From assembly GCF_009914755.1 (NCBI RefSeq), contig NC_060926.1: 64,000 bases of DNA; one strand, written 5' to 3'. The notes beneath the pieces are model-generated. The model did not search any database and was not told the origin of the DNA. It worked only from the letters and a program-made list of their open reading frames with translations. Position 1 is the first letter of the stretch, and every line of letters starts with the position of its first letter. The position numbers and the translations under genes were made by a program. This document shows, piece by piece, positions 16,599-46,920 of this stretch. The DNA comes from the human T2T-CHM13v2.0 reference genome, Homo sapiens.

Positions 16599-16730
16599 TA
16601 GACCAGAACTTTGACATGGGATCTGTCCAGCAGAAAAGGTAGGGTAGGGCATTTTTGCAGAGAATGTGATGGACAAACACATGAAGGCACAGTTAATAAT
16701 TTAATATGGACAAACTAAGGGTAGCATCCC

Positions 16731-17010
16731 TGTAGCAGACATGGGAATTGTTACCACCCAACAAAGAATCCTCCTTCTTTGAGTATTAATTCACTGATTT
16801 CCTCAGGGGAGCTATTTCACCACACCCAACTTTCAGTCCCCATGATTGGATGGGACTGGGTATATCACTCAGCCTGACAATTCATCAGAGAGATTTACTC
16901 AGAAATTGGCATGTTACCCATTCTAGGCCAATGAGAGGGGGTCCTGAGATTTTTGCTAGAACTCTTGGAAAAGAAGCATTTTCTTTCTCTGTCAGGATTG
17001 TAGAATAACT
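16731..17010. mobile_element. MLT1-type (MaLR) LTR fragment
   Basis: TGTAGCAGAC.. start and CCATTCTAGGCCAATGAGA..CTGAGATTTTTGCTAGAACT motifs typical of old MLT1 LTRs. Confidence 0.45.
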
Positions 17011-17014
17011 GTAG

Positions 17015-18173
<1,159 letters not shown>

Positions 18174-18915
18174 TTATAAAACAATATACATATGTACCAT
18201 AATATATGTTTATGTTTATAATTTTATATAAATAATAGATTCATGTAATTTTTACATTAATATAGAACAGAAGTGCTTTAAGCCCCAAATGCCCATTTAT
18301 TCCTTCCCTTGGTTCCAGTTTTAAACCCAACTCCTGAAACCTGGCGGGACCTGCATCCTGAATCCCAGGTTAATCCAGTTTCCTATAAAAACTTTTTCAA
18401 AAGAAAGCATTTTACCTTTTCAAAGTCAGGTAGTTAGCAAAAAGAGACATTTCAAAGTAAAACATTTAGGAACTAAGAGGTTACACTGGCGCCCCGTTAG
18501 ACCTCAGTCCTCCTTTTAGCACAGAGGGTGGAAAGATGCGTGGGGCTCTGTTCTCAGGATGGGCTCTGACTCCAGGCCGGCTGTGGCAGGGGGACCAGGG
18601 GTGGCCGTGCCTCTTTGACCTGACTTTGTAGTCCTTTTAGGAAGAGCTCAGTGGGTTGTTGAACTGGCGTGGATGCCCTTGGTAGCCCTGCCAGAGAGAG
18701 GAATAGGACACAACCCCCACCCATCCTCCTGTCACCTGCCTTCACACTCACAGTCCCTTCAGTCACCAAACGGGAACAGCACAGCTCGGCCCTGCCTGGG
18801 TTTCCTCTCCCCTTGTTTGCAAGGACTCCTGAGAATTCACACACATCCTGGGTGTCCTCCCTGCCAGTCACCAGCTCAATCCTGCTGGTGCCCACTGCAG
18901 AAACAGACCCCTCTC

Positions 18916-19233
<318 letters not shown>

Positions 19234-20281
19234 TAAGTTCTCCAAGCGCAGCTTTAACAAAACTCCCCATAACCTCTGCAGAGATGCCATTCTCTCTCAA
19301 AGAAAGCCACATTTTACAGTGACTAAGAGGAGCCTGTGGCCTCACGTTGTCCTGCATTGCACTGTCTCCTTTCCAGAAAAGGTTCACGTTTTATCCTTGC
19401 ATAACCCAAAGACCTATTAAAATCTTTTCCTAAAAACAAAAGGGATTATTCCCACAAGAGCAAGTTGCTTCCACCTCCACCGGAGACAAAGAAATTGGAA
19501 TCAAAACCCCAAGCCCATGTGGCTCAGAATAGCAGTTTGCTCTTTTTTTCTTGCCATTGCTTTTTTCAAAAATAGCGGAGGCCATTTTTTGCACACCACA
19601 TTCTATACCTGTTTGGAAACCAAAGGCTGAGTCTGAAAGAGGGTCAGGGACTGGGCTGGGAAGGGAAGGCCGCAGGAGAGACTCAGGAAGAGGGAGTGAG
19701 GTCAATGAACACAGCAACCGCCAGTTTTTCCAAGACTGAGACCTTTTATCGTGGAGTCAGATGTGGGGAGAGGGGGCCAGGCGTCAGCTAGCTGTGGGAT
19801 CACGGGCAAGTCTTGGAGGTGCCTCTTCCAGCTTCAAATCTCTATGTACTTTGGGGAGGCAGGGGGTTTGCTTCCCAGGTGCAGGCTTGCACCTGCCTCT
19901 TTCTGGATTGCATCAGAGCTGCTCAGGACTCATTTCCCCACCCCCACAGGCGCCTACAGCTCCCTCCCCCTCCCATAACTTATTAGCTACAGATAACATC
20001 CCTTTGTTCTCCCAGTGACTCCACACCCACAGAAGGAGAGGGGGATGAAGAAATCTGCCAGGAGGGTGCCTCCCGCCAGTATCTGATGAAGGTAAGAGGT
20101 AAGAGGCTGCCCGTTTACTGCTTGTGCCTTCCAGGGAAGCTTCTTCCCCAGGGCCACTACCCGTTTCGGGAGGCGTTTCTGGGCTAGGCTTCCTGGCAGG
20201 GGAGGCTCTCAGGCACTGGGGCCGCTGAGGGTATGTGGTGAAGCGCTTGGCTTGGAAATCTTTGCCTTAGGGACTCATTAA

Positions 20282-20500
<219 letters not shown>

Positions 20501-22738
20501 TAGCCTTTTTTGCCAGTCCTTTTCCCAGACCCACTGAGCTCCAGTTACATAGAACCACGTGCGATTTCCTTGAAAATATTATGCATTTTCATGCTTCCGT
20601 GACTACTTTGCATATGCTGTTTCCTTTGCCTGGAGTGCCCCCTACCACTTCTCTTCTTAAAGAACTCCTATTCATCCTTCAAGACCCTACTCAAAAGTCA
20701 GGTTCTTTTTCAAAGCCTTGCTTGACTTCTCAGACAGGGTGGGATGCTCTGTGCTCTAGGCACAGGGTTCCTTCCCTGGCTCATCTGGGATTAGGGTAAT
20801 TATTAGAATTTACATGTTTATCTTCCTTCTAGTTGTTCCTCCAGGGCAGGGACTGTCATTCACCTTTGCAAATGTGGTGTACAGCACAGTGCCAGGCCCT
20901 CGTAATTCCTCAGCCAGTATTTGTGGCAGGATAAACACAATTTCTTCTGGATTTATTGTAATTTTGAGTAGCATTAAGAGAATGCTTTTGTCTCTGTGGA
21001 CATTCCCTGGCCTCCAGTGGCATCTCTCCAGACAAAGGTCACATATTTGTGAATCTGTATATTCACACAGCATCAGCATGTCACTTCTCAGGTATTTTAC
21101 ATCTGATTTATTTATTTTACACATTAACCCTATGGGTGGTTGTTATTGTTGCCATCATAAAATAAAGAGATCGAGATGCTAAGAGATTAAGTACCATGTT
21201 CAAGGTATCAGCACTTGGATGGCAGAGCTGGGACCTGAAACCAGGTATTCTGGCTGCAAAATCTTTTATCTACATCTGAGTTTCTGAGTAAGTGGTCTTT
21301 GAATCAGTAGGTCAGCGTCCCCTGGGGACTTGTTAGACAACCCAAAACTCCAAGGGTGGGGCCCAGCAATCTGTTTCAACCAGCCCTGCAGGTCATTCTA
21401 TCCTCAAGTTAACACTGGCCTGTGCCACAGCTGCTCCAGTAGCTGTCCACAGCCATGGGAGGGCGCTCCAAGGCCGACTTTCACCACTGGGAACCTGTCA
21501 GGCACAGCAGAAGGCAAGAAAATGCATGAACTGGGAATTAGGCGGCAGAGTTCTAGTCCTGCCAGTTCTGCAATTATTGGTTGAGTGATTTGGAGCACAT
21601 TATTTAATGTTTAACCTCCCTGGGCCTCAGTTTTCTCATCTGTAAAATGAGGATGATGACTAAATGTTCTCATCTCTAATTTCCCTTTAAATTCTGTTAT
21701 TCAGCTCTCCTTTGGAGTAATATGTTGTCTGTGCCAAGGATGGAATGAAAACAGAGTATGATGGCTCATCTTGACTTTTTCCTTACTTACAAATGGAGAG
21801 CCCCAAAGTCCAAATCCTTGGACCAGCTATCCCCCAACTTCCTCCTTAGGGGCAGAAGGTGAGAGCAAGCAAACATTTGAGTTGATTCATGAAACTTTAC
21901 TGGGCAAAGAATAGAAAATGTTGGTTTGGACCCTCCTTCACTATCTGGGGCCCCTCCACATGAGCTCCTTCACCGATCCGTCTCCTTCAGCTGCTTCCCC
22001 ACTGTGACTCTACCAGCCCCTCTCTATCCCCCCTTCAAGCCTGAGCACTTTCCCTGCACCCCCACCTGGAGTTGCCCAATTCACATGCTCTTGTTTATTC
22101 ACTGCTCTTCTGAGGAAGGGTGGGGTTGGTGTCAGGGTGACTTACTAGGTTTGACAGGGGCTTGGTGGCCTCATGGGGAGCCCCTCAGACGCTGGCTTCA
22201 CATGGCCCCTCCTGCTGGCTTCACATGGACCCAACGGCCCTCCCTGGAGCCCACCTCACAGTGGATGGGACTGTACCTACTGGGCACTGGTGGGGCCCAG
22301 CATTCAGCTGACGGCTGAAAAAACCTCCGGTCTACATTGGGCTAAAAGGGAGGAAGAATGTTTCTTGCCCTTTTGAGATGTTTGCAAAAATCCCCAAAAA
22401 GCAATTGTGTTGTCAGAGTACAGCCTTGAATCAGAAAGGTGGTTAGAAGAATTTTAATCACCCAGGAGCTTGGCATCAACATAAGAACATGGCTGATACT
22501 CAAGTCCAGAGAGACTAGGAGAACTGGGGAGTTTCAGAAGTTGGTCAAAGAACGTGTTGCCTTTGGCAAAACCACACGTGTCAAACAATCCGAGTGTCTA
22601 ATCAATCTGTATCGCTCTCAGAGAGACTTTCAGCACAAGGTTTCAGAAGCCAGGAAAAGCCTAATAATGTAGGACATCAGGTGTCCCCAGCAACCCTGGG
22701 GTGAAAAGCCAAAGAAGGTGGTTCTTAAACAAGGGCTT

Positions 22739-23246
<508 letters not shown>

Positions 23247-24756
23247 CTAGTACCCTGGAGTCCCATGTCAACACCTTCTGCTGATGGCTGCTTTCTTGAC
23301 CCATTCTGAGCACCCCAAAGTGGGCCTGGTAATTGAGTTCAACCGGGAACCTGCTGACCTGCCTCAGCAGTCTTGGAACTTCCCAGGATCCCAGGGGGCT
23401 TGGAAGCCTGGGGACCACCCAGGCGTGGATTAGGATTCCTGGACTGCTCCAGCATGGGCCCCTCTCCCTCCCCACAGTCAGCACCTGTCCCATCTCAGCC
23501 TGAAATTGGCCTGCTTTCCTCCAAGACTTGGATCGAAAGACTCTTCTGCACATGTTCAAAATGTATTTCAACTCCTTAGAGTCTCCTAAGCCTCCCATTG
23601 CCAAGCCCCTGTGACTTCACAGACACTGAGCACTCATCTCTGGTGCTGTCTTCTACCCAAAGAGTGGCCACATCTGAACATGCTGGTCCTTTAGCTCTCT
23701 GTTGTGCAGGAGTGAGGAGACACGGGCTGTAGTCTCAGCATGCTGATGCAGTCTAGCTGTGGGCCCTTCGGCAGGTCACTTTACTTCTCTGGGCCTCAGT
23801 TTTATCATGTGTAAAATGAGAATGTTGCTTTAGATGCCCTCTGAGATCTTCCAACTCTAACATTCTGAGATTCTGGGGGCCGCCCTGGCCGAAACAGGTT
23901 CAGAGGTGCTGCACATCACCCCACACATAGCCATGAGGACATAGGAGAGAGTCCATGTAGTGTCAGGACAGTGGGGAAGACCCTGGGGCAGATGAATACT
24001 TTTCTTTCATGGACTTCGATTTGAGGAGAGCCTGTTGGGTGGGTCCTGGCTGGAAAGAGTGAAACAGCCTCCCTCAGACTCCCCCTGTGCTTGAGTGGTT
24101 GCCTCACAGGCTGTCACTTAACCCTCCTCACCACTTCCCAGGGTGGGAAAGGGAAGGGCAGACGGGGAACAGCTGATGAAATAGGCAGACACAAGCGTGT
24201 GTTCCTCAAAGACAAAGCCAAGGTCAACAGAGCTGGGCCAACTTGGGCTGCAGCTGCAGGCCCTGCTCTTTGCAGAGTTTCAGCTTCCTCTTCTTGACTC
24301 TCTCCTAATAATTTAAATGGGGTTCTTTCTCAGAGCACCAGAGCCAATGGTTGATACTTTGTGTTAGAATTTACCCACAACTATCCACTTGTGTTGCTCT
24401 TTAACCTGAAGCCAAAGAGAATGTCCTTGGCTGCTGGGAATGTGTGCAGTGAGGGCACCCAGGAGTGGGATGGTTGTTCTGAGCCTGTGCTCCCACCAGA
24501 CCATACTTTCTGTGTGCTCTTCCAGGAGGAAATGGATCCAGCCAGAAGGATCAGAGAGTGTCAGAAGATCTGGAAACTTCCTCCGTAGGGCCAAAGCCTC
24601 AAAATATGCCATTCTATTCTGGGGAATGCCATTTCTATTCAGGGCTCCATCCATCAAATGGAAATGGGACTCTAGGCTACTTTCCCATCTCCCAGGAATT
24701 TGGATGCCTAGAACACAACAATTCTTTTAATCTTCTAAGTTAAAAAAAAAAAATTC

Positions 24757-26749
<1,993 letters not shown>

Positions 26750-27799
26750 CATAATTTTATTTTCTAAAATTTGTCTTAAGGAACATACATTTTGAATGCA
26801 ACATATAGATTTTTGCTTTGTGGGAAGGCACACACCTAAACCTTTCACCTAGTCGGTTAATTCTGATATGATTAATTCTGTTAATAATGAACGATTGACT
26901 TATTTTCTTATTGGTTTTGAATAACCACATTCAGAAAGGAGCCTAGGCAAGGTGGTTTATAATTTAAGTATGAATCTTCTAATTACACATTTGTTTGTAT
27001 ATGTTCATGCATAATCAAATTGAATCAAATGGACAGCCTGAAAAATGAGATTATAGTGTTAGCATGGTAGAGCAGGAGTTGGGGGCATTCTTCTTGCATC
27101 AGCCATCAACTTGATTTATAGATGTTTTATCTCATTAACCTTTAAGTCATAGAGCTAATTAGTGGCTCTGGGAACTGCAAAACACACTTGAAGCAATCAC
27201 GTAGCTCTTTAACTTCGTCATGCACCAAATTAAACTGGACCCAATTATTCCAAATCATAGAAGACATCTTTTGAAAGACTTTGCCTCCTTCATTTCAAAT
27301 GGCTCACTGGGATGAATATCATACTTGATGAGAACCCAGATTTCCTCTTCTAGCTGCATGCCATATTGTGTTAAAACCATCTGAATTCTTCAAAAGTTCT
27401 TGCTTCACAAAGAGACACATATATGCATTTGGTGTGATTATTCCTTTTTGGGTAAAGTTGTCCCAGGACCCTATGGAGGGTGTCACCCTGAGGATAGCAC
27501 TGCTGACCTTCCACCTGCAGCTGGGGATCAGGGCAGCCATGCTGGAACCCAGATTGTTCAGGAGGCTGCCATCTTGAAAAGGGAGATGGTCCCTTGGCAC
27601 TAATAGACCTATAGACATCCTTTTGTTTTCACTTCCCTGTTCTCATTTCTGGGATAGAAGCCCTCACAAAACTGTGACAAAGACCCAGACCCTGAAGCCT
27701 GAGTAGATACAGCCTTTCTTCTCTTTCCAGCCTTCTGATGGGAGGATTTTGAACTTCTTGGCTCCCTGTTCCTTGTGGCTGAATTAAAGTAATGGCTAG

Positions 27800-31817
<4,018 letters not shown>

Positions 31818-31904
31818 CTACTCTATTTTAAGGAACTGAATCTTTTTCTCTCATTCCCAAGTTTCAGTCTTGGTTCTCCAATCATAAGTCACTTCTTCCA
31901 TAAT

Positions 31905-32810
<906 letters not shown>

Positions 32811-33089
32811 AATGACTCTCAAGGCACACGGAACATCAGGAGCACCGGTGAGCGTTATAAAGTGCCCCTAGCCGCCCCCATTCTCCACCCACTGAATCAT
32901 GTTATCTGGCCATGGGCACCCCACGTGATTCTTACGGGTATCAGGTTTGAAAATATCAGAGTTTTAGGAGGACTAAAATCCTCCCAGGTTCCTGTGACAT
33001 CGCAACGGAAAAAGCCTTAGGAATGATCTAGACGATCATCATCTGAGATTGTGGGCTCCTCCGAAGTTACCACACAAGTCCCAGATCAG

Positions 33090-33350
33090 AAACTGAGACG
33101 GGGGCTTGCTCAGTGTCGCGTGGCTGGCAATCCGCGGCGGCCTCCGGCGCATGCGCAGTTCTTCTCTGCACGGCGGCCTTGCAGCCCCGCTTCCACCCAC
33201 CGCAGGAATGCCTCTCCTTGACCGAGACACAAACCTTTTCCTCCTCCAGCCGACAGTTTCAGCCCATTACCTCTAAAACTGCACACCCTCACAGGTGGTG
33301 GACTCCCACAAATGCCACCCTCTCCCCACCCCTGTCACTGACCAATCAAG
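33090..33350. promoter_or_regulatory. CpG-rich distal element with a perfect NRF1 site and a CCAAT box
   Basis: GCGCATGCGCA at 33147-33157 in a local CpG cluster; TGACCAATCA (NF-Y-type) at 33339-33348. Confidence 0.65.
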
Positions 33351-33828
33351 CCACACGTTTAACTGGTTGACTCTCCCCCAAAGACCGATGCTGTCAGCCT
33401 TTTGATGCTGTTTGCGGCTCCTCTTGGGGCAGGTGAGGTATGTGGGTGGGAAGGGTGTTGTCTGCTGGACTTCCATTCATCTTTCAGGAAGGCAATTAAG
33501 TTTCCTGCTTTGGGTCTTCTATTTCAGAACCTCTTCTTTTGGTGGGTTCTACAGCTTTCTGGAATGTATGTAAACACCTCCTCTCTGGGCTTACAACTTC
33601 AAGACTTCCTCATTCTTTCAAACTGGCCACTTTGTCCTCTCCCCTCCTTATCCAGATAGGTGCTGCTCACCAAGTGGAGTGAATTGAGCACACCTGGAAC
33701 TTAAGAGTGTTTGACAGGGGGTTTAACCTGTCCGTGAATCCCAGTATTTTACAATCTTGGCATACGTTAGCATCTCCTGGGGAGTTTAGAAAACCCAAAG
33801 TCCAGACTACACTCATAAATTATTTTGA

Positions 33829-38025
<4,197 letters not shown>

Positions 38026-38659
38026 GATTAAATCTTATTTCACATCTGTAAGACTTCATATGTAGATACAAATCACGGATTAGGAAAAAAATCCAAAAGT
38101 CCTGATTATTAGTTGCGAAATGAGGTTACTGACGAGGTCCTTGGTGTTAGAGGAGCCCAGGTTCCTTACAGAGCCATGAAAAATTAATGATTGCAAACTG
38201 GTAGGTCCCAATGTCTACTGGGAAAGGCATGAGTCTTTGGAGTCAGATAAAATCTAGGTTTAAATTCTTACTCTGCCACCTGGTAGTTCTGTGATATTAG
38301 GCACGTGATGTGAATGCTCTCAATCTGTTATTTGGCTTCTATGTCAGGAACTGTGCTAGGTGTTTGGATACAGAAGTTTGAGATGCAAAGGGTCCTGCCC
38401 TCCTAGAGATTGGGATAACTAAGGAAAGGTGGGGTTCTTAATGCCGAAGGGACTCAGAAGAGTGAGAGTAAGGCTTAACCAGGCGGAGAGGGAGTTGGGT
38501 CGGGGGAGGCAACATTTTAAGAAAATATGCGAGGGGCTGATACGCTGGAGCGGCCGAAGTACAATACACAGTTGTTCTTGTGGGTCTAATGCAGGTGGTT
38601 GCGATTATTTCGTGAAACAAATATGGAAAGCACCTAACGCTGAAAGCACTTGACCCAGA

Positions 38660-39230
38660 AATAGGAGTCAGGGCCGGGGCGCGAACCCTGAGCTGTAAAT
38701 CCCTTTCCAGAATGATGAGGATTCCAACCTCCAGCACGACAAAAGCAAAACACACTCGCTCTGAGAAACCGAGGAACGAGCCAGACGACTGGAGGCAGGT
38801 TCCAGGCGGGGGGCGTGGCCTCGGGCGACTGCCGGATGTCCTCTTCCAGAACCGGGCCGTGCCCCGGAAGCAGTTGTTGTTGGTTGGGGGCCTTTTGGCC
38901 GGTGACGGAGACTGCCCAGGTGTGGTCACCATGTTCCTCTCCGCGGTCTTCTGTAAGTGGGGCTGGAGACGCCGGTAGGGGTTACGGCGAGGGTTAGGGG
39001 GCCGTGACAGGCAGGGCCCCGGAATGATGCGGGGAAGGATGTGCGAACAGGACGGGAAGCTGCAGCTGCGTACTTTTCCAGGCCTTCAGGACCACAGCGT
39101 CCGGCATGCCCCGCGGCGCGCCTCCCTGCGCGGACCTGTGGGTGCCTGAGAAGGGGTCTGCGGTGTCTGGATTCAATTGCCGTCCTCACGGACCGTTGAG
39201 TCTGGCTGTGGGGCGTTTTTCTCCAGCCCG
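38660..39230 (+). promoter_or_regulatory. MRPL33: MRPL33 CpG-island, TATA-less promoter
   Basis: CpG-rich around exon 1; Sp/KLF box GGGGCGTGGC at 38810-38819; ETS/GABP sites CCGGATGT (38832-38839) and CCGGAAG (38864-38870); Kozak-like GTCACCATG at the start codon. Confidence 0.85.
38931..38952 (+). CDS. MRPL33: Mitochondrial ribosomal protein L33 (bL33m), coding exon 1 (MFLSAVF + 1 nt)
   Basis: ATG at 38931, 22 coding nt, donor GTAAGT at 38953. The four exons sum to 198 nt (65 aa + stop): [65 protein letters not shown]. Confidence 0.95.
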
Positions 39231-39826
39231 TGTTAGGAGAATCTTTGTCCGAAGGACCTCAGAATTTGCAGCCCACCTATTTCGAACTCTAAAAATAAGG
39301 AAACCGCTCCCGAGAGGGGCAATGAATTGCCTGAGTAATGCGGCAGGGCAGTTAAAGAAGTCCTCGGGCTCCCGAGTCAGTGCTCTTCTTTACCCTTGGC
39401 TGACTTCCCAGTTAGATTTAGTATCTGGTTTTCACCACATGTGATGGTTGTTGTAATTTGCAAAGGTTAAACTTGTCAAACAAGAAGCTTGCTGCAGCGC
39501 GAATACTTGCACCTTAGAAGAGGGAAAAAATGGAGCAGGTATTACTTTAGAAAGATTTAAAAGGTAGCCAGTCCAACAGTCATGAAATTATGCAAAATAT
39601 TAAATCTAGAATTGTGTTGGTCTGATTGGATCTTTTAACCTTCCTTCTATAAAATCCTAAGGGGATCCCTAATAGATAGGGAATAGTTACTTGAGTGACA
39701 CCTCATGGCATATTTCATAAGTTAAATATTTTTGGTTATTACTGATATTTATATGAACTTTGCATAAGAAAGAGAATACATTTATATTTTTATTTTCTTT
39801 TCCAACCCTTCCTGTCTACAAAAAAG

Positions 39827-39845
39827 TTGCCAAGAGCAAGTCAAA
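39827..39845 (+). CDS. MRPL33: MRPL33 coding exon 2 (19-nt micro-exon, FAKSKS)
   Basis: AG|TTGCCAAGAGCAAGTCAAA|GTAAGT; restores the frame between exons 1 and 3. Confidence 0.92.
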
Positions 39846-41430
39846 GTAAGTAAAGATTTTTCCTTTTTTAAACGTCACTTGTTTATGTTGGATTTGTTAG
39901 TCTAGCTGCTCCCAGTACATCCTTATATGAAATTAAGCATTGGGCCTTGATTTCCTAAGAGTTGGTTTGTGGATTACTTAGTTGATTATTTTTTCTTTAT
40001 GAACTCTTTCAAAAATATTTTCCCTCCTGCTGAACTGAGCTACTTCTGTGAGCATTGAAATACTTGCAGGAACCTTTGCTGCTTTTCTAGTCCCAGGATT
40101 TGTGAGCTCACTGTCTGTTTCTAAACAAACCATTGGGCTGTGCTGTATTTGGACTACCACCATATTTCCATTTCCTCAAATCGAGGACCAGGGGCCATGT
40201 GTCTGGAGCTCACTACAGGAATCCAGAAGAACAAACTCTGCTTTGATTAAATCATAGTCTGTTTTAATGAGTTTTGTAATCCTTTGCATTCATGGTATAA
40301 GCATTTCAAAAATAGCCAAGATTAAAGATTCCATGCTGTACCAGAGAGACTAGAACTACCAAACTTGTATTTCAAAATAAATGTTGTAGACAATAACAGA
40401 AGATTTTGTGGTAAAAATAGGGAGGTTCTAAAGCAGCTTTTCCTTGCAACTCAAGACATTGAAAATCCTTAAAGCTAGTCTTTTGGATTAACGTTAATGA
40501 AAAACATGTATGTTAGCGCTTTCCCTCCCAGTATCTTTCAGTGATTCACGTAGCTTTCGCCACAGTCCAGTTATTTATGTCAAAATTCCCTGCCCCAGGG
40601 ATCTATAGGAATCTCTTGCCTTTGGTTTCTGTAGAGGTATATTCTGACTCTCGTTCTTTCTACCCTTGTGACATATTTCATATATGTCTTGCCTGATTGA
40701 CCTCATGTACCAACTCACCTTCCATACAGTACTGTTAGCTCCTAGAGGACATAGACATAGACTTGTAGAGCTTTGTATTTCCCAGAGTGCCTTCCACAGA
40801 GTAAGTGCTTAATATTTGTTGAATCTGTGTTGAATAATTATTGTCTATCTTAATTACAAACAAATACTGTATGCCTCTTATGAGGCACTGTGCTGAATGT
40901 TGAAAGCAATGCAGTGGTGTGTAATATAGTCTTAGATGCTTCCAGGTTGTTTTGGAATTACATGAGAAATAAAATAACATGGTCTACATGGGGAGACAAG
41001 ACACATGAAAAAATAACAAACAGTACAGGTATTAAAAGATCTGGTGAGGCAAACATGGACTTTCTGCTTTGGATGAGTGGAACTTAAATGAAATATGAAG
41101 GGGCACAAGGTTTTGCGCATTAGCAAACTAAAAGCTTTAGTCTCTTTATTTTGTCCCTTCCTGAATATAATCATTTATGCCCTGGAAGAGAGGGCTGTTC
41201 TGAGACAGCGATCTTTACAATTTCCTCACTAGCCAGCTGTGGTTACCAGTATTTTGATATTTTCCCCTTCCTGACTTCTGCTCCTCGTGAAGGGTGGATG
41301 TCTGAGGCTAGTCCCGCAATGTGGCTTGATTGTTCTTATTGTTTTGGTTAGGTCATTGCGAAGTAACTCTGTGTAGTGGAGCAAATCCTAGAGATTTGAA
41401 ACCATTGAAACTGTTTCATGGAAAACTTAG

Positions 41431-41700
<270 letters not shown>

Positions 41701-42503
41701 TAATGCTTCCAAGGCCTGTTGCCCCCTTTGTAGGCTGAACATCTGAACTCTCTGGAGGTGTTTTTTTAGCCTCTGACACTAGCATTCATTTAGTAAATAG
41801 GTATTGAATGATTGTTATGATGCTATTTAACATCCCAGGTGCTGGGATACACCAGGACACAAGACAAGTCCCTGTACTCTTGGCACTTAGTCTAGTCTGA
41901 GAGGGGGAGAAAAGATGACAAATTATAAGTGCTGTGAGAGAAACAATCAGGATGCTGAGGTGTAGGATGAAGTTGGAGAGTGGTAGGGAAAGTCACATTA
42001 GATGGCTAAATCAGGGAAGGTCTCTCCAGGAGGAGATAGTTAACCGAGACCTGAAGGTGAGAAACCAGCTATGTAAAGAGAATAGGTGGTAGTGTTCTGG
42101 AAACAGACAAGTGTCTTAAGAAGGGGACGGTATGGTGTCCTGGCATCATCTGTTCGACAGTGGCTAGTATTTGGTTCCTGATAGAAGTTAAAGGAATATG
42201 GTTTCTATATATTAGTGCAGTGGGGGTAGGAAATTTGATTTTTCCATTTTGTGCCATCCACTAAAATGCTGTACTATATGGTAACTTTAAATGGTCTCAT
42301 TAGATGGAAGTATTTATCTAGAAGAGACAAGTGTTCCTAAGGCCATATTATCTGCTCACAAACAAAAATAGAGTCAGCACCTGATTGCTGTTGGTGGATG
42401 CCTATCCTGTTTCTGGATTTTATGTGCAGATTTATGTAAAAATAGCAAACGTGTTTTTTAATTTTAGAGCTCTGGCTGTTCATTTTGTGCTCTTTATAAT
42501 TAA

Positions 42504-46006
<3,503 letters not shown>

Positions 46007-46585
46007 AGCCTTCAGTGTTTCATCCAGGCCGGTAGCACTTTGTTTCAGAGAACTGTACTCTAATATTTACAATAATGAGATTTTGGTTATGATATTAATT
46101 ATAGTACCAAACTAAAAACTCCGTATTTGGGTGTATTAACCCATCTCTGGGAAGTAGAGGTTTAGTGTCTATTACTCTTCCAGACAGCGTGGTCCACTTG
46201 GTTCTTGCTGCTCTCTTTCTGGAGTCCAGCTCCCAGTCTGTCCTTGCTTACCTCCTACAAGAGTGGACATTAATTGGGTGAAAACATTGTTTTCCATTTT
46301 TGTCCCTAGTTTTCTTTCTTAATGTGAATATTTCTTCATTGGTTGAATATGACTTGTGGCATACCAAGGATGCTGCTGATTAGCTAGTGGCCCTATAGCC
46401 ATTTTCTCCAGTCTGCCCTGGCTCCTGGGATGGAGGAACTGAGTTTGCAAATCAGCTCCATCTTCATATCAAGGAATAGTAAAATAAGAGAAAGGTGAGG
46501 GCTTATGGTCTGATATGTATTTTTTATAAAAATGGCGATGATACTTAATAATTTTCTGCCACAATTTTTTTTTCTCCCTCCATAG

Positions 46586-46635
46586 TGAAACAAAGAGTCC
46601 TCTTCGTGGAAAAGAAAAAAATACGCTCCCTTTAA
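46586..46635 (+). CDS. MRPL33: MRPL33 coding exon 4, canonical frame (VKQRVLFVEKKKIRSL*)
   Basis: Strong acceptor TTTTTTTTTCTCCCTCCATAG|; TAA at 46633-46635. Confidence 0.96.
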
Positions 46636-46709
46636 ACGGTGGATTGAAAATGACTTTGATTTATAAAGAGAAGACTGAGGGCGGGGATACTGATTCAGAA
46701 ATCCTGTAG
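46586..46709 (+). CDS. MRPL33: MRPL33 exon 4 in the alternative frame (exon-3-skipped short isoform, 54 aa)
   Basis: Joining exon 2 to exon 4 gives MFLSAVFFAKSKSNETKSPLRGKEKNTLPLNGGLKMTLIYKEKTEGGDTDSEIL*, with TAG at 46707-46709. Confidence 0.75.
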
Positions 46710-46714
46710 CGTGT

Positions 46715-46920
46715 AATAAAAGAAGAGGAAATGGCATGGAATCACTGCCTCCTGTGATTTGAAGGCCATTGTGAAGGAAAACAATGCAGTGAAAGAAAGT
46801 TCTTCATATTAGGACAGATATCATTGCATCACATTTATTTATCTTTCTGGGTATTTTTATAGCCCTTAATAAAAAATATTAAAATAGCCTGTGCTATTGT
46901 GTCTTAGTGATGTTTTTCCC
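46715..46920 (+). terminator. MRPL33: MRPL33 polyadenylation signals (proximal AATAAA 46715-46720; distal AATAAA 46868-46873 and ATTAAA 46878-46883)
   Basis: Hexamers read directly; the distal pair is followed by a GU/U-rich element (GTGCTATTGTGTCTTAGTGATGTTTTT). Confidence 0.8.

Noticed and set aside
24361-24743. Cluster of short ORFs and an exon-like segment after CTTCCAG in unique DNA
   Set aside because: No recognisable homology and only a weak donor; cannot be supported without transcript data.
27319-27618. Ankyrin-like phrase (DGFNTIWHAARRGNL) in a minus-strand ORF
   Set aside because: A single short resemblance with no second repeat, stops immediately downstream and no convincing splice sites.
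32861-32880. CTCF-like motif
   Set aside because: The core is one G short of the consensus spacing, and it lies among MER5-like debris.
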